Below, in pieces: positions 1 through 12,592 of a stretch of 40,000 bases of DNA. The translations under genes were made by a program, and so were the position numbers. Positions within the stretch are counted from its first letter, which is position 1, and the number at the start of each line of letters is the position of its first letter. Source of the stretch: Candidatus Pelagibacterales bacterium (GTDB taxonomy: Bacteria; Pseudomonadota; Alphaproteobacteria; Pelagibacterales; Pelagibacteraceae); contig CBDEAT010000003.1 of assembly GCA_965236175.1 (NCBI GenBank), positions 7,759 through 47,758 of the forward strand. The letters are read 5' to 3'. Below the pieces are notes generated by a model that was given only the letters and a program-made list of their open reading frames with translations, was not told the origin of the DNA and did no database searches.

Positions 1-1023
1 AAAACTGCTGAGGGAAAATTTAAAGAAGCCTCTGAGGCCTATCAGGTTTTATCTGATCCAAAGAAAAAATCTTCCTACGATCAATTTGGACATTCTGCAT
101 TTGAAGGTGGAGCTGGTGGAGCTGGAGGTTTTGATTTTGGTGGTTTTGAATCTGGAGCATTCTCTGACATCTTCGATGATTTTTTTGGCGACTTTATGGG
201 CTCAGGTCGTGGTGGAAGGGGCTCTAAAAAATCAAGATCTAATCGCGGATCCGATTTAAAAATTAATTTAGAAATAACTTTAGAAGAAGCTTATCTTGGA
301 AAAAAACAAACTATCAATTTATCTTCAAATGAAAAATGTGAAAAATGTTCTGGAAGTGGTGCAGAACCTGGTTCAAAACCAAAAAAATGCTCTACTTGTG
401 ATGGACATGGAAAAGTAAGAACGCAGCAAGGTTTTTTTACTCTACAACAAACATGTCCTGATTGCGGAGGAGATGGTGAAATGCTTTCTAATCCTTGTAA
501 AGATTGCAAAGGATCTGGTGCTACTAAAACAAAAAAAAATCTCTCTATTCAAATTCCAAAAGGAGTTGATGATGGAACTCAAATAAGATTATCTGGAAAA
601 GGAGATGCTGGTTATAGAGGAGGATCTAATGGAGATCTTTATGTATTTATAACAGTTGAAAAACATAAAATTTTTCAAAGATCTGAAGAAAATTTATACT
701 ATAAATTACCTATATCTATGACTGATGCTGCGCTTGGTGCTGAAATAGAAGTTCCAACTATTGATGGTGGAAAATCAAAAGTTAAAATTCCTGCAGGAAC
801 ACAGTCTGGAAAACAGTTTAGACTTAAAGGCAAAGGCATGCCTATTATAAGAGGCGATCATTACGGAGATTTATATCTAGAAACAAATGTAATAATTCCT
901 GAATCTTTATCAAAAGAGCAAAAAGACTTGCTCGAAAAATTTAAATCTTTAGAAGATTTAGATAATAATTCAGAAATAAAAAATTTTATAAATAAAGCTA
1001 AAAAATTTTGGAGCGGTAATTAA
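1..1023 (+). CDS. dnaJ: Chaperone DnaJ, 5'-truncated by window edge
   Basis: Frame open from base 1 (KTAEGKFKEASEAYQVLSDPKKKSSYDQFG, J-domain end), Gly/Phe-rich linker, four CxxCxGxG-type zinc repeats (CEKCSGSGAEPG, CSTCDGHG, CPDCGGDGE, CKDCKGSG). Confidence 0.97.
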   Translation, partial: KTAEGKFKEASEAYQVLSDPKKKSSYDQFGHSAFEGGAGGAGGFDFGGFESGAFSDIFDDFFGDFMGSGRGGRGSKKSRSNRGSDLKINLEITLEEAYLGKKQTINLSSNEKCEKCSGSGAEPGSKPKKCSTCDGHGKVRTQQGFFTLQQTCPDCGGDGEMLSNPCKDCKGSGATKTKKNLSIQIPKGVDDGTQIRLSGKGDAGYRGGSNGDLYVFITVEKHKIFQRSEENLYYKLPISMTDAALGAEIEVPTIDGGKSKVKIPAGTQSGKQFRLKGKGMPIIRGDHYGDLYLETNVIIPESLSKEQKDLLEKFKSLEDLDNNSEIKNFINKAKKFWSGN

Positions 1024-1798
1024 TGAAAAAGATTAACATCACAATCACGGGAGCTCTTGGAAAAATGGGAAAAATTCTCATTAAAAGAATATCTAAAAAT
1101 AAAAATCTAAAATTATTTAGTTTAACCGATCTAAAGTCTGGAAAAACTATAAATGGAATTAAAACACAAAAAAATAATTTAGAAGCATTTAAAAAAACAG
1201 ATGTTATTATTGATTTTTCAAGACCTAAAGCTTCCCTTGAAGTTTTAAATTATGCAAAAAAATTAAAAAAAAAAGTTGTAATTGGAACAACGGGTTTTAC
1301 TAAAAAACAAAATAATTTAATTAAAAATTATTCAAAAAAAATTGCTATATTTAAATCTGGCAACATGAGTCTTGGGTATTAATCTTCTAGAATATATTGT
1401 TAATATTCTCTCAAAAAAAATTCCTAATGATTATCAAATCGGAATTAGCGACGATCATCATAAAATGAAAGTTGATTATCCCATCAGGAACAGCATTGAT
1501 GTTGGCAAATGCAGTATCCAAAGGAAAAAATAAAAATCTAGAATCAATAAAAGGAAAAACGTTTTTAAATAAAAAAGGTAGTTTACAAAAAAATAAAATT
1601 AATTTTTTTATTACAAGAAAAGGAAATACTATTGGCAAACATTCCGTTCTTTTTAATAATAAAATAGAAAATATAGAATTAAAACATACTGCTTTTTCTA
1701 GAGATCTATTTGCCGATGGAGCATTAAATGCTGCTGTATGGATAAGTAAAAAAAATAAGGGCTTATTTAATATGCAAGATATGTTTGGCTTGAAATAA
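1023..1798 (+). CDS. dapB: 4-hydroxy-tetrahydrodipicolinate reductase, interrupted by two apparent single-base insertions
   Basis: N-term ITGALGKMGKILIKRI; VIGTTGF; after frame correction near 1376 and 1482 gives MSLGINLLEYIVN...DDHHKMKVDYPSGTALMLA, a DapB signature. Confidence 0.9.
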
Positions 1799-1827
1799 AC
1801 TTTATAAAAGTATTTGAATCTTTTTTA

Positions 1828-2467
1828 ATGCTCCTGAATAAAAATAAAGCTTTAAAGCTTATTGAGCTTTTAAATAAATCAATAAAAAATCCAAAAACAT
1901 CTTTAAAATATAGAAATCAATTTACTTTATTAACTTCTGTTGTTCTTTCAGCTCAATGCACTGATCGTTAACGTAAATAATGTTACTAAAAACATATATA
2001 AAAAATATTACACCCCCAAACATTTTGTAAAACTTGGAATAAATAAAATAAGAAATCTTATTAAAAGTATAGGACTATTTAATAACAAAGCTAAAAATTT
2101 ATATTATTTATCTAAAATTTTATTAGAAAAACATCAAAGCAAAGTTCCAAATAAATTTGAAGAGCTAATACTTCTTCCTGGAGTTGGCAGAAAAACAGCA
2201 AATGTTGTTTTAAATGCCGCATTTAATAAACCAACTATTGCTGTAGATACTCATGTTTTTAGAGTTGGTAATAGAACGGGTCTTTCTAATGGTAAAAATC
2301 CAGAACAAGTTGAAAATCAACTTTTAAAAATATTACCTAAAAAACACATAAAAAAAGCCCATCATTTAATACTTTTGCATGGAAGATATATATGCAAAGC
2401 TAGAAATCCATTATGCAAAAAGTGTGTAATTAATAAAATTTGCCTATACAAAGGAAAAAATGAATAA
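1828..2467 (+). CDS. nth: Endonuclease III, one apparent frameshift near 1964
   Basis: MLLNKNKALKLIELLNKS...LLTSVVLSAQCTD|VNVNNVTK...LPGVGRKTANVVLNAAF...AVDTHVFRVGNRTGL...HGRYICKARNPLCKKCVINKIC: HhH motif and FeS cysteine cluster. Confidence 0.93.
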
Positions 2468-3414
2468 AAAAATATTAGGAATAGGCAATGCAATTGTTGA
2501 TGTACTTGCAAAAGTAGATGATGAATTTTTAATAAAAAGAAACCTTGTTAAGGGTTCCATGAAACTTATTAATAAATCTGAATTTGAAGATCTTAAAAAA
2601 AATATTAAAATTGAAAAAATTGTAGCAGGCGGTTCCGTTGCTAACACTATGTCTGGAATTGCTTATCTAAAAGGAAGACCGTCTTTTATTGGAAAAATTA
2701 ACTCTGATAGTTTTGGAAAAATATATAAAAAAAGTCTTGAAGATATAAATGTTAAGTTTTCTTATCTTCAAAAAAATGAAAATTTGTCGACAGGCGCTTC
2801 TATCATTTTGATTACTCCTGACTCTGAAAGAACTATGTGTACTTATCTTGGAATATCCTCACATCTTTCAGAAAACGATATTAATGAAAATAATATCACT
2901 AGATCATGAATTAATTTTTTTAGAAGGGTATCTTTGGGATAAAGGAATAAGTGAAAAAATGTTTAAACATGCAATAAATATAGCAAAAAAAAATAAAGTT
3001 AAAATTGCAATGAGTTTGTCTGATATTTTTTGCGTAACCAGACATAAACAAGACTTTTATAACCTACTTAAAAATGATCTTAGATATATTAATAGGGAAT
3101 GAAAATGAAATAAACGAATTAACAAATAAAAAAAATTTATTAGATTCAATAAACCAATTAAAACAATTCAATAAATTAATCAGTTATTACCAGAAGCGAA
3201 AATGGAAGTTTGGCAATCAAACAATAATGAAGTGACAGAATGTCAAAGTATAAAAATTAATAAACTATTGGATCTCACTGGGCGCTGGAGATTTGTTTGC
3301 TGCAGGATTTTTAAAAGAATATATGGATAAATCTGATATTAAAAAATGCCTTATCCACCGGATCAGATCTTAGCTTCAAAAATAATTCAAAGAATTGGTG
3401 CAAGATTAGAATAA
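2460..3414 (+). CDS. PfkB-family sugar/adenosine kinase, with several frameshifts
   Basis: GIGNAIVDVLAKVDDEFL, VAGGSVANTMSGIAYL, GKINSDSFGKIY; C-terminal DLTGAGDLFAAGFL PfkB signature recoverable near 3269-3315 across a 1-nt shift. Confidence 0.85.
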
Positions 3415-3421
3415 CTTTTTT

Positions 3422-4060
3422 TTATTTTGACAAATAATATAAAGAGTTTTTTTCAATAATAAATTTTTTATCGTTGAAAAATCTTTCTATTTTTTTTCTT
3501 AATCGGTGTAAATGCGTTTCAAAAGCATGAGTTTCTAATTCTGAATTATGATTCCAAATACTTTTTAATAAAGAGGATTTTTTTAAACCATTATTGTTTA
3601 TCTAAGATTAACAATTAAGTTCTAATTCTTTTTCTGTAAGTTTAACTTTAGTTCCTTCTCTTCGTAATAATTCTTTGATTAGAATCAATTTCATAATTAT
3701 TAATAGTTATTTTAGATTTTTTAAAAAAACTATATTTAGTAATTAAGATGTTTAGTATTTCTCTAAAAGACAAATACTATCGACTGGTAGAGATAAAGTT
3801 TTGGTGAAAGTTTAATAAAGATAATTTATTCTTTAATAAATAATCTCTTGTCTTTTAAAAAAAAAATAGTTGGTATATTTTCAATAAAATATTTTTTTAC
3901 TTCTGTTAATTTTAATTCTTCGGGAAATACAATTCTAACAATAAATTCTGGATTATTTTTTTTATTAAGATTTACTTGTACAGTTGAAAGATTGTAACCA
4001 AGATTTAAGTCGTTTATTATATTTAAGAAAACTTTTGATCCATATAATATAAAGATGAAT
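3422..4060 (-). pseudogene. OmpR-family response-regulator-like winged-helix protein, heavily frameshifted (remnant or sequencing-damaged); 5' boundary approximate
   Basis: Minus-strand pieces read KVKLTEKELEL..., KSSLLKSIWNHNSELETHAFETHLHRLRKKIERFF...LYYLSK*, resembling the C-terminal winged helix of OmpR-type regulators. Confidence 0.6.
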
Positions 4061-4092
4061 ATTATTCATAAATAATATATATATATTTCAAT

Positions 4093-4600
4093 ATGATTAT
4101 TGTAAAAAAATCAGGCTATTTAAAGTATAAAAACTTTAAATTTCGTTGTGCCTTAGGAAAAAATGGCATTGGTAATAAAAAATAAAGGAAGGAGATAGAC
4201 ATAACTCCTAGAGGAACATTTAAAATAACCAAGATTATATTACAGAGCCTGACAAGATTAAAAATATTAATAACCTTCTTTAAAAAAGATCAAAATTAAA
4301 AAAAATATGGGATGGTGTGACGATCCAAAAAGCAAATTTTATAACAAACAAATAAAGTTACCATAGTAAATTTGGCTCACGAGAGACTTTATAGAAGTGA
4401 TAATATTTACGATATAATAGCGGTCTTAAATTATAACATAAATCCAATTATTAAAAATAAAGGTAGTGCAATATTTATTACATATTGCAAAAAATAATTA
4501 TAAACTAACAGCGGGGTGTGTAGCGATTAAAAAAAGTAATTTAATAAAACTATTAAAAATAATAAAGAAAAATACTAAAGTAAAAATTTCTACAACTTAA
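4093..4600 (+). pseudogene. L,D-transpeptidase (YkuD)-like protein, frameshifted
   Basis: MIIVKKSGYLKYKNFKFRCALGKNGIG...; C-term HIAKNNYKLTAGCVAIKKSNLIKLLKIIKKNTKVKISTT* contains a GC(V/I)xI catalytic-Cys region. Confidence 0.6.
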
Positions 4601-5245
4601 TTTTCATTAAATATTGCAGAACCAATCCTTAACATATGTTAGAACCACGTTTTGAATTGCTTCTCATATAATCATTACTCATTCCCATGCTTAAATTGAA
4701 TAATTGATTATTATTTGCAATTTTTTTTAAATCTTAAAAAATAATTTCTTAGGATCTTCTGCTACAGGAGGCAGGCACATAAGACCAATTACATTTATTT
4801 TTAATTCACTTTTACAAAAATTAATAAATTTACAAGAATCTTCTATTGAAATTCCTGACTTTTTGGCTTTTCCTGCCCAATATTTATTTGAATAAAATAA
4901 TTTAGTTTTTTATTAAAATTTTTTTCTTCTTGAGATATTTTTAAAGCTAATTTTTCACTATCTAAAGAATGAATAAAAGAAAAATGATTGATAGCCTCAA
5001 CAACTTTATTCGTTTGTAACTTTCCAATCAAATGTAATTTTAAATTCTGTATTAACTTTTAATAAATCTGACCATTTAGTAATACTTTCTTGAACTCGAT
5101 TTTCTCCAAAATGAATATGTCCAATATCAATAATAGGTTTTATATGAGAAATTAAAAAAGTTTTAGAAACAACTATTAAAATAGTATTCTTAGATATGTT
5201 ATTTATATTGTTTAAAATTTGATTATAATTTTCTAAAATATTCAT
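4597..5245 (-). pseudogene. YggS/PROSC-family PLP homeostasis protein, frameshifted
   Basis: MNILENYNQILNNINN...ILIVVSKTF...HFGENRVQES...HLIGKLQTNKVVEAINHFSFIHSLDSEKLA...FIQINIGQE; C-term LSMGMSNDYxxAIQNxS...SAIFNEN recoverable after frame shifts. Confidence 0.82.
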
Positions 5246-5874
5246 ATGAACTTTAATACATCTTATTTTGAAAATTTCTATTTTTTTACAAACAATTTAA
5301 CTGAAGAAAATGAGAAGAATATTAAGTAAATTTAAAAATATTGCCATTATTTACAATCAATAACTGCAACATTCTAATGCAACACACTAAAGAATTGATG
5401 AGAAATTATAAAATTTTGTAAAAAAAATAAAATTAAAGTTTATATTAAAGACGACATAAAAAAAGCATATAGAATATAAATGCTAAATGGTATTTTTTTG
5501 TCAAGCAATAACAAAAGGAAATGTATCATTAATAACAATTTTAACCAATAAAATTAATTTTAAAATTATTGGATCAGCACACTCTCAATAATGATTATTT
5601 TTTTAAAAAAAAGCACAAGGCTGTAAAGATATATTTTTATCTCCATTATTTAAAAATCATAAAATACAGTCAAAATAAAATATTAAATATTTGTAAGTTC
5701 AATTTAATTTCAAATAAATGGACGTGTAATTTATTTGCTCTTGGTGGAATAAACTCAACTAATTTAAAAAAAGTTTTTATGACTAAAAGTAGAGGTATTG
5801 GTTTTGTATCTTTTATAAATGATCTTGAAAATAAAAAAGCCCGTCTACTTTTTAAAGTAGACGGGCTTTATTAA
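5246..5874 (+). pseudogene. ThiE/TenI-like thiamine monophosphate synthase-family protein, frameshifted
   Basis: ATG directly abuts the YggS start codon (divergent). C-term: IIGSAHSQ...KKKHKAVKIYF...LFALGGINSTNLKKVFMTKSRGIGFVSFI resembles the phosphate-binding end of the TMP-synthase barrel. Confidence 0.55.
5839..5866. terminator. Rho-independent terminator, likely bidirectional
   Basis: GCCCGTCTACTTTTTAAAGTAGACGGGC near-perfect inverted repeat flanked by AAAAAA and TTTATT, between convergent genes; overlaps the 3' end of the ThiE-like ORF. Confidence 0.85.
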
Positions 5875-5895
5875 TAAATTTCTATAATTATAAAA

Positions 5896-7011
5896 TTAGA
5901 AGTTTGTTCTAAGTTTTAAAGTTATAGAATCAACGTCAGTGCCAGCAACTACCGCCAACATCTGTGTGTTTTACCTAACGTTAACTATTAGCAGCAACAG
6001 GTCCTAAGTTGTAACCAACTTGCAACAGATTTAAGTTTCATCTTCTGCAGCTAAGTTCTGTAGCAACTGTTGCTTGATAGTTAAGTGACCTATAGATCCG
6101 TAAGATCGTTTCCTAGCAGTATACGCTAAACCGTAATCATTTTGCTTTCTTGTTTCACCAGTATTGTAACAGCTGTAGCTGTTGGTTCCACCGTACTCAA
6201 ACTCTTTTCTATTGTAACCAATGAGTAATGGGACCATGCAGTGTATGTAATACCAGCAGTAATAAACTGTGCATCTCTGTTGTGATGAAGATTCAGAACC
6301 AATTTTTTTCTTCTGAGTCACCGAACCTACTTCTAAAGCTAGTCCAGAAATTCCAACATTAGAAAGTTCTAAAAGAGCTGAATAACCAGACCCTTCATCA
6401 CCTTCTACTGCTGCCGTGTCAGCTCCACCGCAACCAGCAGTTTGAGTTTTGCTACATGACATTGTTGGTGCGTAAGCTAAAGTTAGTTGTCCAACACCTG
6501 GGAAAGCTTGTCTAATTGCAACACCTGCAGCTGCAGACGTGTTAATTGGATCAGCTAACATATTAGTTGTAGCAGTGGATCCACCTTGTGATCCTGTGCC
6601 TTTTCCAATTTCTCCAACCACTGGAATCATAGAACGATCGAAATCATTCATATGGTCAATACCAACGCTGAAAGTAGTGTTTCCAGAAATTAAATCAATG
6701 TAAACGTTTTCATTAGCCATTGATTTAAATGGAGTTGCATTTCCAGCAACATCACTTGCGTCAAGCTCTAGAGAAAAACCAGCAGCATAATCCATGCCAT
6801 TGTTTAATTTACCTTTGCTTTGCAACGTTTAATTGAGTTTCAATTAACATACCTCTGTTTAGAAGCTGTTGATAACAGCGCCTGCAGCGCCAGTTTCAGT
6901 TGTTAGGCCTCTAAAACCAACAGTCATGTTTCCACCAACTGTTGTTTGTGCAATAGCTGAAGTTGAAAGAACAACTCCTACTAATGCTGTAGATAATAAA
7001 AGTTTTTTCAT
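5896..7011 (-). CDS. Outer-membrane porin (major-porin type), interrupted by frameshifts
   Basis: Signal peptide MKKLLLSTALVGVVLSTSAIAQTTVGGNMTVGFRG; GMDYAAGFSLELDASDV...ENVYIDLISGNTTFSVG; terminal Phe (TDVDSITLKLRTNF*), typical of beta-barrel proteins. Confidence 0.85.
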
Positions 7012-7221
7012 TTTATTATATTCCTTTTGTTTAAGTTAAAATTCTGTCTAACTATTTAGATAGAATTGGTTGATTGTTTAGCATTTTTAGATCAATTATT
7101 TTATATTTCTATCAATTATCTAATTTATTTATTATTATATGTTGCTTATTTACCACACTTTTTAATAAAGCAAATTTTCCTTGGTTTATTCAGTTTTTCA
7201 TCTATTAATAAACATTAATTT

Positions 7222-7737
7222 ATGGGCTCTAAAATTTTCTTAATCATTTTTATTGTATTATTATCATGCAAAAGCAATGAAAGTCGGCCTGAATTTGAAA
7301 CAAAACCAGTAGAACCGGACCCATTCAAAAGAGCAAAAGATGCCGCTGAAAAAGGCGGAGGCATATTCATGCAAGGAAGAGATAATCAAAATACAACCTT
7401 TAGTTTTGCTTCGTCTAATGTTCTGTGGCGCGCAACGTTAAAAAGTTTAGATTTTTTACCTTTATTAAATGCTGACTATTCTGGAGGTATAATTATTACG
7501 GATTGGTATACGGAAGACATTAATTCTAAAAATTCTATTAAATTAACCATAAGATTTCTAGGAAATGATCTTAGGTCGGACTCTCTAGAAATAATTGCAC
7601 ATAGAAAAACTTGTGAAGCTTCTGAGAATTGCAAGATAACATTATTAAATAAAAATTTTTCTCAAGAAATTAAAGATTCAATTGTTAACAATGCTAGAAT
7701 GTTAAAGATTGAAGATGAAAAAAAAAAAATAAAATAA
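7222..7737 (+). CDS. DUF3576-like lipoprotein
   Basis: Lipobox-like signal (FIVLLSC), [31 protein letters not shown]. Confidence 0.75.
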   Translation: MGSKIFLIIFIVLLSCKSNESRPEFETKPVEPDPFKRAKDAAEKGGGIFMQGRDNQNTTFSFASSNVLWRATLKSLDFLPLLNADYSGGIIITDWYTEDINSKNSIKLTIRFLGNDLRSDSLEIIAHRKTCEASENCKITLLNKNFSQEIKDSIVNNARMLKIEDEKKKIK

Positions 7738-7744
7738 AATAGCC

Positions 7745-10273
<2,529 letters not shown>

Positions 10274-10284
<11 letters not shown>

Positions 10285-10739
10285 ATTTTTTTTAGCTTCT
10301 TATAATATCAGTCATTTTAACTCATTGTGGTTTTTCACCTATTTATACTGGGAACACTAAACAAGTAGTTATTTCTAAATCTGAAATAGTTGGTGATAAA
10401 GATCTAGCTTTTAATCTAGAACAAAAATTAAATTTTAAAAAAGATGAAAAGAATTTAACTGCTTATATATTTAAAGCTCAAATTTATGATACAGCCGAAA
10501 GCTCTCTTGTGGATTCAAGAGGAATTGCAACTGAAGAAATTATTAAGTTAACAGTGAGCTATCAATTTCAAGATAAAAATGGCGTTGTAATATACCAAGA
10601 TGCCATAACTAAAGATAAAAGGGTTTCTGTCACAGACAATCTATCAAATAATATTCTAGTAAAAAATAATGAAAAAAGAGTATTATTAGATTCTATAATT
10701 CAAAATATCTTATTTAAATCTAGAGTCTCATTAAATTAG
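10274..10739 (+). CDS. lptE: LPS-assembly lipoprotein LptE-like, one frameshift near 10297
   Basis: Corrected N-term MINKFFLLLIISVILTHCGFSPIY; position between leuS and holA is the classical lptE position. Confidence 0.8.
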
Positions 10740-10744
10740 TTTAA

Positions 10745-11767
10745 ATGCTCTTAAAATCACAAGAGATAAGCCTAAAAAAAAAGGATTTTTTTAAAGAAAA
10801 AGTAATTCTTTTGTACGGAGAAAATCAAGATCTAATTAATGACTTAAATCAACAAATTATATCTAAATTTATAGAAGAAAAAAAAATCTCAAAATCTTTT
10901 TTTGAAGAAGATTTAGTTAAGAATCCAGAAAATATTATTAATTATTATCTTAATGGATCATTATTTGATGATAATAAAAATATCTCGATCATTAAAAACT
11001 GTTCTGACAAAATATTAGAAATTATTAATAAAATAAAAAATAATATTAATGATAACATTATTATTCTCAACTCAGAAATACTTCTAAAAAATTCTAAACT
11101 AAGACAATTTGGAGAATATGATAAATTAGCTATTTGTATTCCTTGTTACCAAGAGACTAAATTTGATATAAAAAAATTTCTTACACAGCAACTCCAGATA
11201 AATAATATTCAATTATCGGATTCACAAAGTGAAACTATTATTAACTCATCATCTTTGAAAAGATCGAAGATTAAAGAAGCAATAGAAAAGTTAAATCTAT
11301 ATAAAAGTTCAGGAAAAATAACAGATCAGATCATTGACGAAATTTGTACTGACGCAGATCTAAAAAAAAATGATGAAATTATTGATATTTTATTATCTAA
11401 AAATGAAAAAAATATTAATGAGTTCATATCCAATATGTCTAATTATGAAAAAAATTTTATAGAAATAATTATTATTCTTAGGTCATTCATAATTAAGATT
11501 CTTGATATACAAAAAAATAATAAAAATCTTTCAATCGATGAAAGAATTGAAAAATACAAACCACCTATTTTCTGGAAAGATAAAGATAGAATAAAAAATA
11601 TCTTAAAAATTTGGAATACTAATAATCTTGAAAAATTTCTTAGTAATTTAAATATTATTGAAACTGAGTTTAAGAGAAATGATTTAAATCAAGATACCCA
11701 ATTTTATTATTTTTTAACTCAAAACCTATCTAAAATAGCCTTTAAGAACACTAATAATTTTATTTAA
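10745..11767 (+). CDS. holA: DNA polymerase III subunit delta
   Basis: Full-length ORF; leuS-lptE-holA order; ILLYGENQDLIND...and FEEDLVKNPENIINYY...LFDDNKNISIIKN pattern. Confidence 0.88.
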   Translation: MLLKSQEISLKKKDFFKEKVILLYGENQDLINDLNQQIISKFIEEKKISKSFFEEDLVKNPENIINYYLNGSLFDDNKNISIIKNCSDKILEIINKIKNNINDNIIILNSEILLKNSKLRQFGEYDKLAICIPCYQETKFDIKKFLTQQLQINNIQLSDSQSETIINSSSLKRSKIKEAIEKLNLYKSSGKITDQIIDEICTDADLKKNDEIIDILLSKNEKNINEFISNMSNYEKNFIEIIIILRSFIIKILDIQKNNKNLSIDERIEKYKPPIFWKDKDRIKNILKIWNTNNLEKFLSNLNIIETEFKRNDLNQDTQFYYFLTQNLSKIAFKNTNNFI

Positions 11768-12592
11768 TTGATCAAGATTTTTATAAGAAAATTTAATTTC
11801 TCCAGAATTATTTTTCTTATTTTTAATATCTACTTTTATTCCCATCAATAGTCCAAGATCGCTTTCTAAGGATTTGATATTAGTATCTTTGCTATTCGTC
11901 TTAATTTTTTTTAAGCTGGAAAAAACTTGTTCTTTTTTGACCAAAAATTCAGCCTGCCTCACAGAAAGATTCTTGTTAACTATTATTTTCGCAAGTTTAA
12001 TATTGTCTGGAACATTGACTAAACATCTTGCGTGTCCTGAAGTTAACAATCCATCTGAAATCATTTTTTTTATCTCTTCGGGTAAACCAGCTAGTCTAAG
12101 TGTATTAGCAATATGACTTCTGCTTTTTCCTAAAATTTTTGATAATGTTTCTTGAGAATAAGCAAATTTTCTTACTAAATTATCATAACCCAAAGCCTCT
12201 TCTATTCCGTTTAAATCTGATCTTTGAATATTTTCTAATATTGCAAATTCTAAAGATTTTTTATCATCAATATTTAAAATAATAACTGGCACTTCGTGAA
12301 TTTTTGCAAGTTGAGCTGCTCTCCATCTTCTTTCTCCTGCAACAATCTCATATTTATCTTCTGATTTTTTTCTAACTAATATTGGCTGAATAATTCCCTG
12401 CTCCTTAATTGACTCTGAAAGTTCATTTAGTAATTCTTGATTAAAATTTTTTCTTGGCTGAGATGGATTAGCATAGACAAAATGTATAGGAATTTTTTCT
12501 GATGAACTTTTAGTTTGAATATTTTCTGGAGGAACGTCCCCCATTAATGCTGACAGACCTTTTCCTAAACCTTTAAATTTATTTCCAATCAT
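11726..12592 (-). CDS. parB: Chromosome partitioning protein ParB
   Basis: GLGKGLSALMGD, NPSQPRKNF, EIVAGERRWRAAQLA, ENIQRSDLNGIEEALGY, LGKSRSHIANTLRL. Confidence 0.97.
   Translation of the reverse strand: MIGNKFKGLGKGLSALMGDVPPENIQTKSSSEKIPIHFVYANPSQPRKNFNQELLNELSESIKEQGIIQPILVRKKSEDKYEIVAGERRWRAAQLAKIHEVPVIILNIDDKKSLEFAILENIQRSDLNGIEEALGYDNLVRKFAYSQETLSKILGKSRSHIANTLRLAGLPEEIKKMISDGLLTSGHARCLVNVPDNIKLAKIIVNKNLSVRQAEFLVKKEQVFSSLKKIKTNSKDTNIKSLESDLGLLMGIKVDIKNKKNNSGEIKFSYKNLDQLNKIISVLKGYFR

Noticed and set aside
291-509. Minus-strand 72-aa ORF within dnaJ
   Set aside because: Antisense to a clearly conserved dnaJ zinc-finger region; no family resemblance.
1411-1638. Minus-strand 75-aa ORF opposite dapB
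   Set aside because: Antisense to recognisable DapB sequence; spurious.
4068-4090. AT dinucleotide run (ataaataatatatatatat)
   Set aside because: Simple low-complexity sequence expected in a very AT-rich genome.
6031-6825. 264-aa ORF as a stand-alone novel protein
   Set aside because: It is the middle part of the porin; signal peptide and terminal-Phe strand lie in neighbouring frames, and its last 70 or so residues are probably out of frame.
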